From assembly GCA_964036045.1 (NCBI GenBank), contig OZ038379.1:20088001-20152000 (forward strand): DNA of 64,000 bases, in the 5' to 3' direction. Source of the DNA: Eutreptiella sp. 'Long Island Sound 2002' (Eukaryota; Protista; Euglenida). Both the position numbers and the translations under genes were made by a program. Below, one piece after another: positions 1-10,027 of the stretch. Within the stretch, counting starts at the first letter, position 1. The number at the start of each line of letters is the position of its first letter. A model generated the notes under the pieces. The model was not told the DNA's origin, searched no databases, and worked only from the letters and a program-made list of their open reading frames with translations.

Positions 1-2900
1 CAACACGTCGGTCTCACTCACCACCCTTGTCCAAGCGCATGCACTCGCCACATTTCCATGGGACGGGGGAGGGTAAGCCCAAACCAACGGGTGTGCAGAG
101 AGGTTTGACTGGCCTCACAAATAGTGGAATCCCGGCCACAAGCGGGCAAAGGCAGGGTCAACTTCTGGCGGGGCATACATCCGTCCAACCGTGGGGAAGC
201 CTCGGGGCCAAGACTTTTTGGGGTCCAAAAATGGTGATGAGTCACATGATGATCCGAGCCCCTTTTTCCTGCTGCTTCTGAAGGTACCATGTTCACTTGC
301 TCTGTGATTGGGGACTGGGTGGCCTCCGGGGCAGGCTCAGGGGGCATCCCATGGAGCCCTTTATGGAAGGGCCGAGTCCAATCATGGGCTCCAAGTACCC
401 TCAAGCCAGCCTCTAACCCCCGGCAATGGGAGGTCCGCCCACCCCAACCAACCCCGTATTCGAAGCCCCCGCGTCCCTCCTGAGGCTCAGTATCGGTGCC
501 ACTCCGTCCGCACGACCCAAAACAAACATCGGGAAATCAAGAAGTCGGGGGGTGTGGGAGGGATTTAACCATCGACGCAAGGGGACACACCAGATACCTA
601 TTTGTGTGTGTGTGTGCCAGCACACAGTGCCAGCGCGTGCTGTTGTGTGTTCTGTATTGTGTGTATTGGGAGGGGGGGGGGACCCATGCACCCCTCGTTC
701 ATTGACCTCCATGCACATGGTGCCATCGTGCGTCCCTGATCGGGGAACATGCAGCTCCTTGTCATGCACGTCGATGCGTCGGCTTTGTCGAATCGCACAT
801 GCACGATCGGTAGTGATCGTGCATCACCCTTCGGCAGTGGTACCACGTTTTTGTACGGCACCGATACACCGTCGTGTCCATAAGCGGAGGCTGAACTAAG
901 TGGATCGGTGTATATTGCACTAAATGGAAGGGCTAACCCGGCGCTTGCATTTCCTGCCAAATACTCTGACCCCTGCAGCCCCATCCCGCCGCCCACCCAC
1001 CCCACGGACCCGCGCCCACCACCCGCACTTGCTCCGCCGCTGGCTCTGTCAGCCTTTGACATCCCCCTCCTACCACAACTGACAACCAGCACGCCCACTT
1101 CGTCTCTGCCTGTCTCTTCAACCACCAGCGTCACCTTCTGTGTCACAAGCGTCAGTGATCGTCGTACTGTCGCAATATCCCCAGCCTCACCCGCATCTCG
1201 ACGTACATCCAACGTCTGGGTCCTTGGGACCCTGATTGGTCACACAAAGGGGGGGTTGAATACAATAATTGGTATGGCCGCTGCAGGCAATTCGCTGCAC
1301 AAGGGAACGGCAGTTGCAAGTACATTAAGGACAGATTCGGTGCCCCAAGCGGCGGCAGGCAATGCGTCGGGGGAAGTACAACCACATGCAGGACAGATTC
1401 GACGCCCCGACTGCTACGACCTTCACGAACTTCCAACAGCCCCCATTTACACTCGGCCCTGAACAACTCAAAAACCATCAACGACATCTACAACCGCTGC
1501 TGAGTCCTCCTTCTACCTTCACCTGTCTTCTCTATGCCCCAGCTCCTGCAGACAGTGACCCAGAGGGGTGAATGGGTTTGGGGCGCAAAAGGCACCGCTT
1601 TTGTGCTGACGTACAACACACAGCATCAGGGGATAATGCGACGATTGAGGGAAGACGCGAAAACATGCGACAACCGGCTTCTCCGGCATTTTCTTGGGTT
1701 TCATGGCGTTGATTCCTTTACCCCCCCCCTCCTTTCCGCAGTGCCACCTGGTGGCTGCATCGATGCCATGAGCAGCTCCATGCGGCCCGTGTCGTGTAGG
1801 CGCTTGACTCAACCCCAAAGAGGAGTCACTGAACCACCCCACCAGTGCACCCGGGCATAGTGTGTCATGCACCCATGCGTGCGTACGGGCAGGGCAGACT
1901 TGGTGTGTGGAAAACAAGCTCCAGCCGCACGCCGATGATGTTCCGCATTCCGAAGGAAGCCCTCTGCGTGCTCCTCTGTGCACGTCTTTCAGCTGCGAGC
2001 TGATCGATCGAAGTTGGGCGGGGAGGGGCTTCTTGAGTGCAATGAAGTATCTGTGCATTTGTCTGTGCCACAACCCTCCGGGGTGCAGCGGTTGCCGGGC
2101 ATACAGCCCGCCACCCTTGTGCCTGCCGCAGTCCTTGAGCCAGTCAGACGGCCCGGCAATTGCAACCCCCCCCCCCCCTTCGTGCATCACGCCGTCCCAC
2201 GGCGACAGCAGCAGGCAGGCACCGTTCACCAGGTCTAAGCCCCTCTGGGAGTGATGCAACCATCTCAGGGTGTGCCCATGGGGCCTGCCGTCAGTAGGGC
2301 GATTGGCCTGGTGCCGCAGAATCCTATGACCCCTGGGACCTGTCCTCGTTCCAACTGAAAGGATTCTGTACGCTGTCCGGTGGTTGACAACATAATGGTC
2401 TGCTGTGGTAACACGTTTTGCGCATTGATTTGGTCTGAGGTACTCCATGGATGGTGCATCACCTCTCTTCTAATGCATGAATGCCCCACCAGTCCTCCCA
2501 CCATGTTTCCGATCACCTCTCGCCGAGTGTCTACATTTTTGTCCATGAACAAGATGCGCTCTGTCGGCTTGGGCTCACTTTTTGTCCCACAGTGAACCCT
2601 GCCCTAGCCAGCGTATCCCTGGCCCGCACCACCATGCACCACAGCCTGGATTTGCTTGATACCGCCAACAGAATGTTGTCGATATACACCTGGTGGTTCC
2701 CACTCACCCTTGTCAGTGCCCCTTTGACTATGGCGCTACTATGGGGCGTACTCAAGTTTGGCATATCAATAGGCTATACGACCACCCAAAGGGAAGCTGT
2801 ATGTACTTCATGCCTTGCCCCCTGCACCACAAATATGGAAACCCACACTCAGGGCAGCTGTGCACTCCAGGACTCATTTTGAAGGTTCAGCGTGGCCATG
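1..2900. mobile_element. Zone of heavily decayed retroelement-like sequence
   Basis: Short broken ORFs with fragments reminiscent of non-LTR post-RT regions (e.g. KLTLPLPA.G at ~130-160 on the minus strand). There is no intact domain and boundaries are approximate. Confidence 0.25.
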
Positions 2901-3239
2901 TACACCTTTTCCCTCCTCCAAACAAGTGCGAGGGTGAGGGCACCTGGACTGCCCAGCCTGCGGCGGGACTCCGGATGTGGCATGTATTTTCGGCTGAAAG
3001 GGTTATGTAGCCATTTTGCCACGTGTGGGCTCCCAGGATGACAGGGGAGGGGAGGCGCGCGGGGGGGGGGGGGGGGTTGGTTTTGGGTTTTGGGTTGGAC
3101 CCTTCTGCCAGGACCCCACCATGCCAGGCCACGGCGAGCCATGCTACCACGCATGCTTGGAGGATCCTGGTTGCCTCTTCGGGTCCGCGAAGCCACAGGG
3201 GTGGCCCCACTGCCGCCTTCGCGACAGACGGGTGAAACA

Positions 3240-3900
3240 TCCGGGGGGCTTAATCCTAACCATGTCACTTCATGGTGGCTGCCACTGGACGGGCCGGCAT
3301 GACCGCCGGGGTGGATGCCACGCACATGCAGGGTGATGACAGGGCAGTCCTCATATCGGTCTGGTACCATCGTAGATCCTCACACAGTGAGGTCTGGACC
3401 CCGTCCAAATGCTCCTGAGCCATAGGCTAAGGGTCACAAGCCCCCTCTCAGAAGGTCCCTTGCTACCCTCTCGGAGGACTAAACTAACTGGGTGAGCCAC
3501 AGGCCACATTCTCCTCTGGTGTGCATCCACAGGCTCCAGGCCACTTGGGACAACCAGGAGGGTTAACCCACAGGTCCACAAGACCCCTTGTGACAGTGAG
3601 AACCATGGACAATCCAGACGGACTGTCCCACACGTACATGGTGGCCCGTGGGGGGGCTGAGACGCCGGGCTCCTGGCCACTCGTACTCAGGGGTACCCCG
3701 AACAGGGCCCGTATGTGACCCCCACCCCTCTGTTCTGAAGCCGGGCTCTCCTGGAGACCGTGGCTGGCAACCCCTATTTCTTCCACTTGGTCTCGCAGTG
3801 GTAGGGCTGCCCCATCCACATAGCACCTTCCCCAGGGGGTGGCGGTCCCTGGTAGTGGAGGCCCCCTGTCCAGGCCCATCTGACTCGGGGCGCGGGGGGG
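3240..3900 (-). repeat. Dispersed repeat, inverted homolog of 52800-53460
   Basis: The reverse complement shares long blocks with 52800-53460, e.g. AGTCAGATGGGCCTGGACA.GGGGCC, CCCTGGGGAAGGTGCTAT.TGGATG and CCCGTCCAGTGGCAGCCACC.TGAAG. Confidence 0.8.
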
Positions 3901-4199
3901 GGGGGGGGTCACCAGGGCGTAAGAGAAAGCTGGTGTGTACGGTCGGTAAAACCAGTTACCTCCAGGGTTCAGAATCCCTCCGCCTCCCTTCTGGACCCCC
4001 CAAAGTTTTTGGACCCACTTTTCGACAGTTTCAGATTTTGGCCGGGAACATGGGCGCCGCCTTTGGGGGTTTTTTAGCCAACGGCAGGGGGGGTTCACCC
4101 CGCCCGGCCCCCTGTCCGGACCCCCCTCCAGCCCCCGGGGACCCCCCCATACCTGTAGCAACGCGCCTGGCCACCGGCACCGCCGGCCGACGGGAGCCG

Positions 4200-4330
4200 C
4201 ATCTCCTCCTCGTATTCCCCTCTTGGGGATTCGAACCGGCGTCTTCAGGGCAGCGGCCGGCTGCACAGCCGCTGCAGTACGTGGCCAAAAACCTATCCTA
4301 TGGGCAGCCAGCCCTCAGCAAGCTATAGCC
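4200..4330 (-). mobile_element. tRNA-derived SINE-like head
   Basis: The minus strand has a perfect B-box GGTTCGAATCC (4227-4237) and a degenerate A-box. It shares blocks (ATTCGAACC..CAGGGCAGC..GCCAGCCC.CTCAG..CTAT.GCC) with 52385-52450. No full cloverleaf is present. Confidence 0.5.
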
Positions 4331-4518
4331 AGCATCGCCACTTGCACTGCACAGTGCCAGGCATAAACAGCAACCCCATTTTGAGCTTTCACACTACACA
4401 CACGGCATAGCTTAGGACTCAGCAACTGTATGGCCACTCAGTCTGACTCAGGTCACTGACTGGTCTCACAATCAATATGCATGACGATGCAGCTGCTACG
4501 GGGCGTTGGACAGCCGCT

Positions 4519-4545
4519 CGTCGTCTCCTGCTCTCCACTCCGCAG
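4519..4545 (+). promoter_or_regulatory. Candidate spliced-leader trans-splice acceptor
   Basis: Pyrimidine tract TCGTCTCCTGCTCTCCACTCC followed by GCAG, 32 nt before the ATG at 4578. Euglenozoan mRNAs are SL trans-spliced. Confidence 0.4.
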
Positions 4546-4577
4546 TTGCACCCAGAAGCGCCGCAGGGGCGTGCTCC

Positions 4578-4995
4578 ATGGTTCGTGTCTCTGCTCTGTC
4601 TGCCGATGGCTGCGGGGCCCCGCCGGGGACCCAGGCCTCAAGCTGGCAGCCCTTCGCCTGTGCGGGGCTTGTCGGCTGCTGCATGATGCTGGGCCTCGTC
4701 ACGGCCGGCACCTCCCCCTTCCCCTCCACGGGCCTGTGGGCCTCTGCCCCGGCCGTTTCCAGAGTTGCGGTGCGCCCCGTTCCCTCTGCTGCTGTGCTGA
4801 CGCCTGGACGCCCCGCGACACTCAGGGCCGGCCCTTACGATGCCGTCGTCGCCGCAGTCGCCAAGGGACCGGACCCGACGGTGCCTTCGCTGCTGATGCC
4901 GGAGTCGACGCCGCACGCGTGGCCGATGGTGTCGGGTTTGGCTGCGATCGGGACTGTCGTGGTGGCGTTGTGGAGCAGCTTCTGGGGCCCCAAAG
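4578..4995 (+). CDS. Exon 1 of plastid-targeted candidate selenoprotein (class I euglenid presequence)
   Basis: MVRVS... contains hydrophobic TM1 (FACAGLVGCCMMLGLVTA), an S/T/A/P-rich transit region and TM2 (GLAAIGTVVVALWSSFW). It ends at donor AAAG|GTGTGC (GT 4996, phase 1). Confidence 0.8.
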
Positions 4996-5919
4996 GTGTG
5001 CACCGGCGGGGGCCTTGTGCCGCTTTGTGCTCTTCGTGTTGTGTGTCTTGCCGCCGGGGGAAAAGTGCCGGAGTACCAGCACCAGCGGTGCTTCGTTGGG
5101 CTGGAGAACTGTGGGGAAGGGCTTGGTTTCCAGAGACAATGGGCTGGGCTCTCTGTGCGCCTTCGCACTTGAAGTGGACGGAGTTTTTTTCTGCAGAACA
5201 CTCAGTCCAGCCACCGTCGTCGTCGGTTGGCCCTCAGCCGCAGTCGGTTGGTTCGCGTGTGCAGCGGCGGAACTCCAACAAAATATGCCCCTTGTGTTTC
5301 TCAGCCCGGCTGTCTGGTCTGGCGTGGGGGCACTTTCCGCGTCGTCCGGTTGTTTGATGGCCCTGGGCGCACATCCGCTGATGTGGAGCTGACGGGACAG
5401 CTGTTGGGCCGGGCGTGACCCCGCTTGACAGTCACATGGTTGTCATTTGCCGTCGGTGGTGCATGGCTCACCCCCCGCACAGTGGAACCCCACACCCCTG
5501 TTTACTGTGCGAAAGTCCATCTCCTATACATCATGGGTTGCACTGCGTGCACGCCGAGTAGAACTCCCACATGCCAATCTTGTATGGATTGGCGTGTACA
5601 GCGTATGGGCCAGAAAATGGGCCAGGGGTCGTGGTACGCTTGCGATTATCCTCGGCAATCGGACGGAGACGTAAACCGGACGTGTGGGTAGTGCAGGCCC
5701 AACTTGGCATGCGTCGGATACGCATGAAGCAAGCAGCATGGGAAGGGGGGCGCCTCATGTGGTTATATGATGATGTAGTTGTCCTTGAAGCATCACCTGA
5801 CTGGGTCAGCGCCGCTTCACTGGATTGAGACGCACGACAAGAGGCATTGCAGAAAGATGGTGCGGAACACAAGTGATACACGGACGAAACGGGATGCTCA
5901 TGGGAGACCCGCTTGTGTT

Positions 5920-6150
5920 TGGGGGCGCACCGTGCGCTGTGCGCGCGCTGTGCGAAAAGTCGGCTGTTTTTCACCACCGGTAGCCACGGGTCCCAGGGTC
6001 CTGAAATCTGCACCCCCGATGCTGTTTTGAATGGATCATGCACGCTTCTGGAGGTGGGTGGTTTTCAGGGGTGTTCCCGGGATAAACAACGTAATAATTG
6101 GCGCTGTGCCTGCGCTATGCGCGCGCTGTGCGAAAACGCCCCCTTTCTTC
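5920..6150 (+). repeat. Intronic dispersed repeat (second copy at 16215-16525)
   Basis: Shares GGGGGCG.ACCGTGCGCTGTGCGCGCGCTGTGCGAAAAGT and GGTGGGTGGTTTTCAGGG...CGTAATAATTGGCGCTGTGCC...GCTGTGCGAAAACGCCCC with the 16.2-16.5 kb copy. Confidence 0.85.
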
Positions 6151-6261
6151 GGAACCGGTGTCATGGGTCAACGACCCTGTCAAAAGAGCCTTGTCCCTGC
6201 ATTGCACTCCTCAACCCCAAGCCCCAAGGCGAATTACCCATCGATTGTACGTGTGCTTCAG

Positions 6262-6316
6262 GCAAAGCCCTTGCTATGGCTGCTACTGGAGGTCAGAAGT
6301 CGGATGATACAGAGAG
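6262..6316 (+). CDS. Exon 2 of plastid-targeted candidate selenoprotein
   Basis: Acceptor TGCTTCAG|GC (phase 1, matches exon 1); an alternative in-phase acceptor CCCCAAG|G starts at 6229. Encodes (G)KALAMAATGGQKSDDTE, an AMAATG-type motif typical after TM2 of euglenid presequences. Donor GAGAG|GTATGC (GT 6317, phase 2) matches the exon 3 acceptor. Confidence 0.7.
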
Positions 6317-7214
6317 GTATGCTGGCCGCTCCCATGCACCCTGATGCACCCCGTGTGCGGCGTGATTTGCCAAAGGGTTTTCATCTGCGTCACCTCCGCC
6401 TGTGTGACAGACATCGTGGGGGTGGGTGGGTGGGTGGGGAGCTCTTGAGCCTGCAGCTTATCCCGGGTGTCGTGGCTTGCTGCAAGCGATGGCGGAACAC
6501 CATACCAGCCAGTTCTTAGTCATAGGGCCTCAGATTTCAGAGGTGCCTGTGCTCCTTCCGAACTGCTTCATGTCCACTTCGGTGCCTTCCCGGGCATCAA
6601 TGTGCATGCTGCGCTGCCCTCGGCGCCAGGCTTGCCTCGTCGACCCCGGGAGCCGGAAGGGACTAAGAACGCTGGTGCGGGAGACGGCCCGTGTGTTGTA
6701 CGTCTACCTCCACCCTGACCCCGATTTGCGTAGAGCCCCACTCGATAATGAAATGGACACCTTATTCAAAGGCCTGCCCCCCCTCCCGCTCAGACTTCCA
6801 GAACGGTCACATCTTATCGATGTCCAGCTCGTATACCCCCTTTCAGGCGTTATTGTGAGGCCCTGCGCGCGCGTGCGTGCGCAGCATGACACCTGGACAC
6901 GGTGTACGCATGGCCTTGTCTGAGCACGGGATCCCCATGTGACCGTGGTCGCTGCTGACATGGGCCTCATGCGGCCTCTCCACGTCACGAGCTGATGAGG
7001 ACGCCTACTTTCTGGCCGGCGCGTGCCCCATAGAGGCCTCTCATGCCCTGCTTGGGTGGTGTGCTCATTAGAAAACCCTCTTCCTGGAAGAGCGTGCGTT
7101 GTATAGGCCTCCTATGGCCTCCACCACGCACGTACTTGTCAGCAAACCCACAGTCTGGCCAGTGCTTGCCGTGCCTGCACACACGGAGGGGATGGGGGGG
7201 GGGATTTTTGGCAT

Positions 7215-7600
7215 TGACCGACCGCGTCATGGGGGGGCGGCCGGGCCCAGTCCTTATATGCAACCCCCCAGCCCCCTCCCCCCCCCCCAAGTTTTGAGAG
7301 ATAGTGGTGCTGGGGCCATGGCGCCAACGGCGCCAAATTTTTTTTTTTTGCATGCTTAGTTGAAGGGGGTACTATGCCTCTGGTCCTTGTTCTGCTCCCT
7401 TTGTACAGCCCAGTGACACACCATGGCAACACTTGACCTTGAGAAGTTGCTGAAGCGAGGGAACTGCATGGTGTGCAAGAAGCCCCCCCCCCCCCTTGAG
7501 AACCCCTCTCCCCCCCCACCGTATTGCCAATTGAACCCCTCCCCCAACTGCCCCCCCAAGTTTTGACAGATAGCTGGGGAGTGGGTCGCATCAGGACCGA
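7215..7600 (+). repeat. Dispersed repeat pieces (copies at 32595-32700 and 33225-33285)
   Basis: GGCCGGGCCC.GTCCTT.TATGCAAC...GTTTTGAGAGATAGTGGTG.TGGGG.CATG.CGCCAACGGCG recurs at 32.6 kb. CCCCAAGTTTT.ACAGATAGC...GTCGCATCAGGACCG.TTGTAGTC recurs at 33.2 kb. Confidence 0.8.
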
Positions 7601-8026
7601 TTGTAGTCCCCCCCCACCCCATGGACCGCACCCTCCCCCCCCCTGGTAGCCATAGTGATTGCAGTACAATTGAGCAGTGTCAAACTGAATGAGTCCGGCA
7701 TGAGGTCAGGATGATGCTGGTTATTTCATCCTGACATCATGGCCCTGGTAGCCATCTCTCCCTCACAGTCACAGAGGTCAGCTGTCACGCACCTGACACC
7801 TGAACGAGAGGTACGCGGTTCGAACCCTGGGGGCACTGGATAACGAGCACCCAGACCCCCCTGCCATGGCACAAGTGCAGCAGCTGGGCATCCTCAAACA
7901 CCACGGCCTTCAACATGATAATGAATTGATAATGATCACAATGGCTCTCCGGAACAGGAGAAAGCTCAGGTTTTCGCCTCGCCTCACCTCACCTCACTTT
8001 ACCCCTTACCTCACCTCTCATCGCAG

Positions 8027-8612
8027 TCTGCGTTCCAAGGCCGATGAAGCCGCCGGAGAGGCCTTCGACGACCCCATGGCGTCGCAGTTCAAGACCATGT
8101 ACCGCCCGGGGCAGGGCAAGCAGATCACATGGGGGATCTTCCAGACCGACGTCCCGACCCCCAAGAAGGCCAACGGCGAGAATATGTCCTTTGCCGAGTT
8201 CGCCGCCGCCGACTCCGCAGAGCGCCAGCAGCTGCGTGCCACCGCAGCACAGGAGCTGACCAACATTGGGGCCGAGGAGCGGGGCCGGCGGTACAAGGCC
8301 GGCGTATTCTTTGGGGCCCTGGCGGTGGCGCTGGGCGTGTTCCAGGTGTCCACCGGCGCGCCCCCGCTCCAGCGTGCGGCGATGGCGCTGCCGCTGTTCT
8401 TCACCCTTGGCTTCACGGGCTCTGGCGCGACGGGCCTGTGAAACATCGGTCAGGCCGGTGTTTGGGACGTGGACGGCACCGGCCTGCAGGAGATTGAAGA
8501 CCAGGGCGTGGCGAAGGCGATACGGGACAAGGTGAACGCGTTCAATGCCACGGCGGCGGTGGTGGTGGCGCTGCTGACGGCCGCGTACTGTGCGCTGCCG
8601 CTCAGCAACTGA
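8027..8612 (+). CDS. Exon 3 of candidate membrane selenoprotein, with in-frame TGA (putative Sec) at 8439-8441
   Basis: Pyrimidine-rich acceptor ...CTCTCATCGCAG| (phase 2). GC3-rich codons continue past the TGA for 56 codons (NIGQAGVWDVDGTGLQEIEDQGVAKAIRDKVNAFNATAAVVVALLTAAYCALPLSN) to TGA 8610-8612. There are three hydrophobic segments and a SECIS-like hairpin downstream. Confidence 0.8.
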
Positions 8613-8679
8613 GGCGTGACCCGCGGTGATTTGGGGTGAGGCGCCGACGGCGGCGGACTGATCTGGACGAGGGGATTTG

Positions 8680-8745
8680 CTGCGTTGGTGACGGCGCCTG
8701 CCGTGAGCGCTGCGGTGCCGGTGGGAGGCCTGATTATTCATGCAG
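8680..8745 (+). promoter_or_regulatory. SECIS-like element (form 2) in the 3' UTR
   Basis: Folded by hand: helix I CTGCGT(8680-85)/ATGCAG(8740-45); core GTGAC(8688-92)/TGAT(8731-34); helix II GGCGCCTGCCG/CGGTGGGAGGCC (10 bp including G-U pairs, with a 1x2 loop); unpaired TGA (8704-06); mini-helix GCGC/GTGC with loop TGCG. Confidence 0.7.
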
Positions 8746-9900
8746 AAGAAGACCTTCGAGCTTTTGAGGTCTGATAAGTCGTTGGTTGCAAATGGACTGT
8801 ACGGCGGGTGTACGGTATGCGGTATGCCACTTACCCCCCCCCCCCGTTCATGCGTATGACTTGTGTACGCCGGTTGCAGGCCTCAGAAATACCCATTTCC
8901 GCAACGTTACCGTGCATTTATCCTCCAATGGGCTAATTTGGGGAAATGGGGGGAATTGGGGGAAACTGTGCGAGATCACCCCAAAGAGAGGTTGTTAGAT
9001 CAAGCGTAGGCGCGGATGCCATACATCTCCCCTTATGGGGGTCGTTCACATAGCATACTCCAACGCATGATATTGGATATCTAACCCCTTGTAAAATCAT
9101 TCTTTTGTGAGACACAGTGATCCTCCAATGAATTTTTCGATTTTGAGCCCCTACCCCCTGAAACTGGATACCACATTTTGGAGAGGTGGAGGGGTGGGGG
9201 TGGGTGGGGGGGGTTGGGGGGTCCAAAAGTTTGTGCTTTGAAGGATTTGGACTAGGGTCGGAGCTGATGAGCGAATCGACCCGTGCGGATGGTTGCCGGC
9301 CGCGATTCGAACCGACATCAGGTAAGTCGTTCCATTTAGCTCCATTACAATGGCACAGTGGCATTGTGAAATAATCGAAATCAGCAATGTTGTTGGAAGC
9401 CTGACTCACACATGCCCAAACGCCGGTGACCGGTTCCACCAGCAGGCTAAAAACAAGTGTTTCTGTGGTGTAGAAAAAGCAGTCACATTTTCCCAAATTT
9501 TCCATCCATCCTAACTCCACACTTTTTTTCATTTGCCCCCCAACCCCCGCCCCCTATATCACCCCATTTCCCCCCATTTCTCACCCTTTCCCCCCCATCC
9601 CGACCCCATTCCCCCCCCATTTTTCTTGGTGCTGGGTGCATTTTGGGTACGTTGCTGGGTATAGTACTGTCCACGTGGTCTGGGTATTTCTGAGGCCTGG
9701 GATTGTGTGCCCCGTGTCTGCGTTTTGCATGGCCATTGCACCCCCGCTGTGGCGCAGTCCCTTGGGTGGGTCTGTTGCATGCCGAACGCAGTGCACCCAC
9801 GCGTCCCAATTCCCTGCAAAAACCCCGTTTGCATGCAATTGGGTGTTTGGTGGGAAGCCCGAGTGTCGGTGATTCCCGATCCTGTCAGCAACCTCGCAGG

Positions 9901-10027
9901 GCAGCAGGAGTGCTGTCTTTTGCCGCAGAATTGCTGTCTGTTGCAGAATTGCAGCGTGTTGTGGCAGCAATATTGCGCGTTCTGCAGTAATGCTGCCTGT
10001 TGTGGCAGTAATGCTGCGTGTTGTGGC
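9901..10027 (+). repeat. Degenerate ~21-bp tandem repeat
   Basis: Units resemble GCAGTAATGCTGCGTGTTGTG. Confidence 0.7.

Noticed and set aside
4996-8026. Euglenid non-conventional (non GT-AG) introns
   Set aside because: Once exon 2 is included, canonical GT-AG sites give a phase-consistent model, so no non-conventional junction is needed.
7866-8026. N-terminal part of the listed 191-aa ORF (MAQVQQLG...)
   Set aside because: It is the pyrimidine-rich intron end upstream of the acceptor at 8026, and its codon usage differs from the exon.
8750-8775. Hairpin AGACCTT...GAGGTCT followed by TGAT as an alternative SECIS
   Set aside because: It has no 5' RUGA core and the stem is too short. The 8680-8745 structure fits far better.
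9275-9365. Minus-strand tRNA-like sequence with a T-loop and ending in ACCA
   Set aside because: The acceptor and anticodon stems do not pair, so it is at best a degenerate SINE head. It is not tRNA-Sec.
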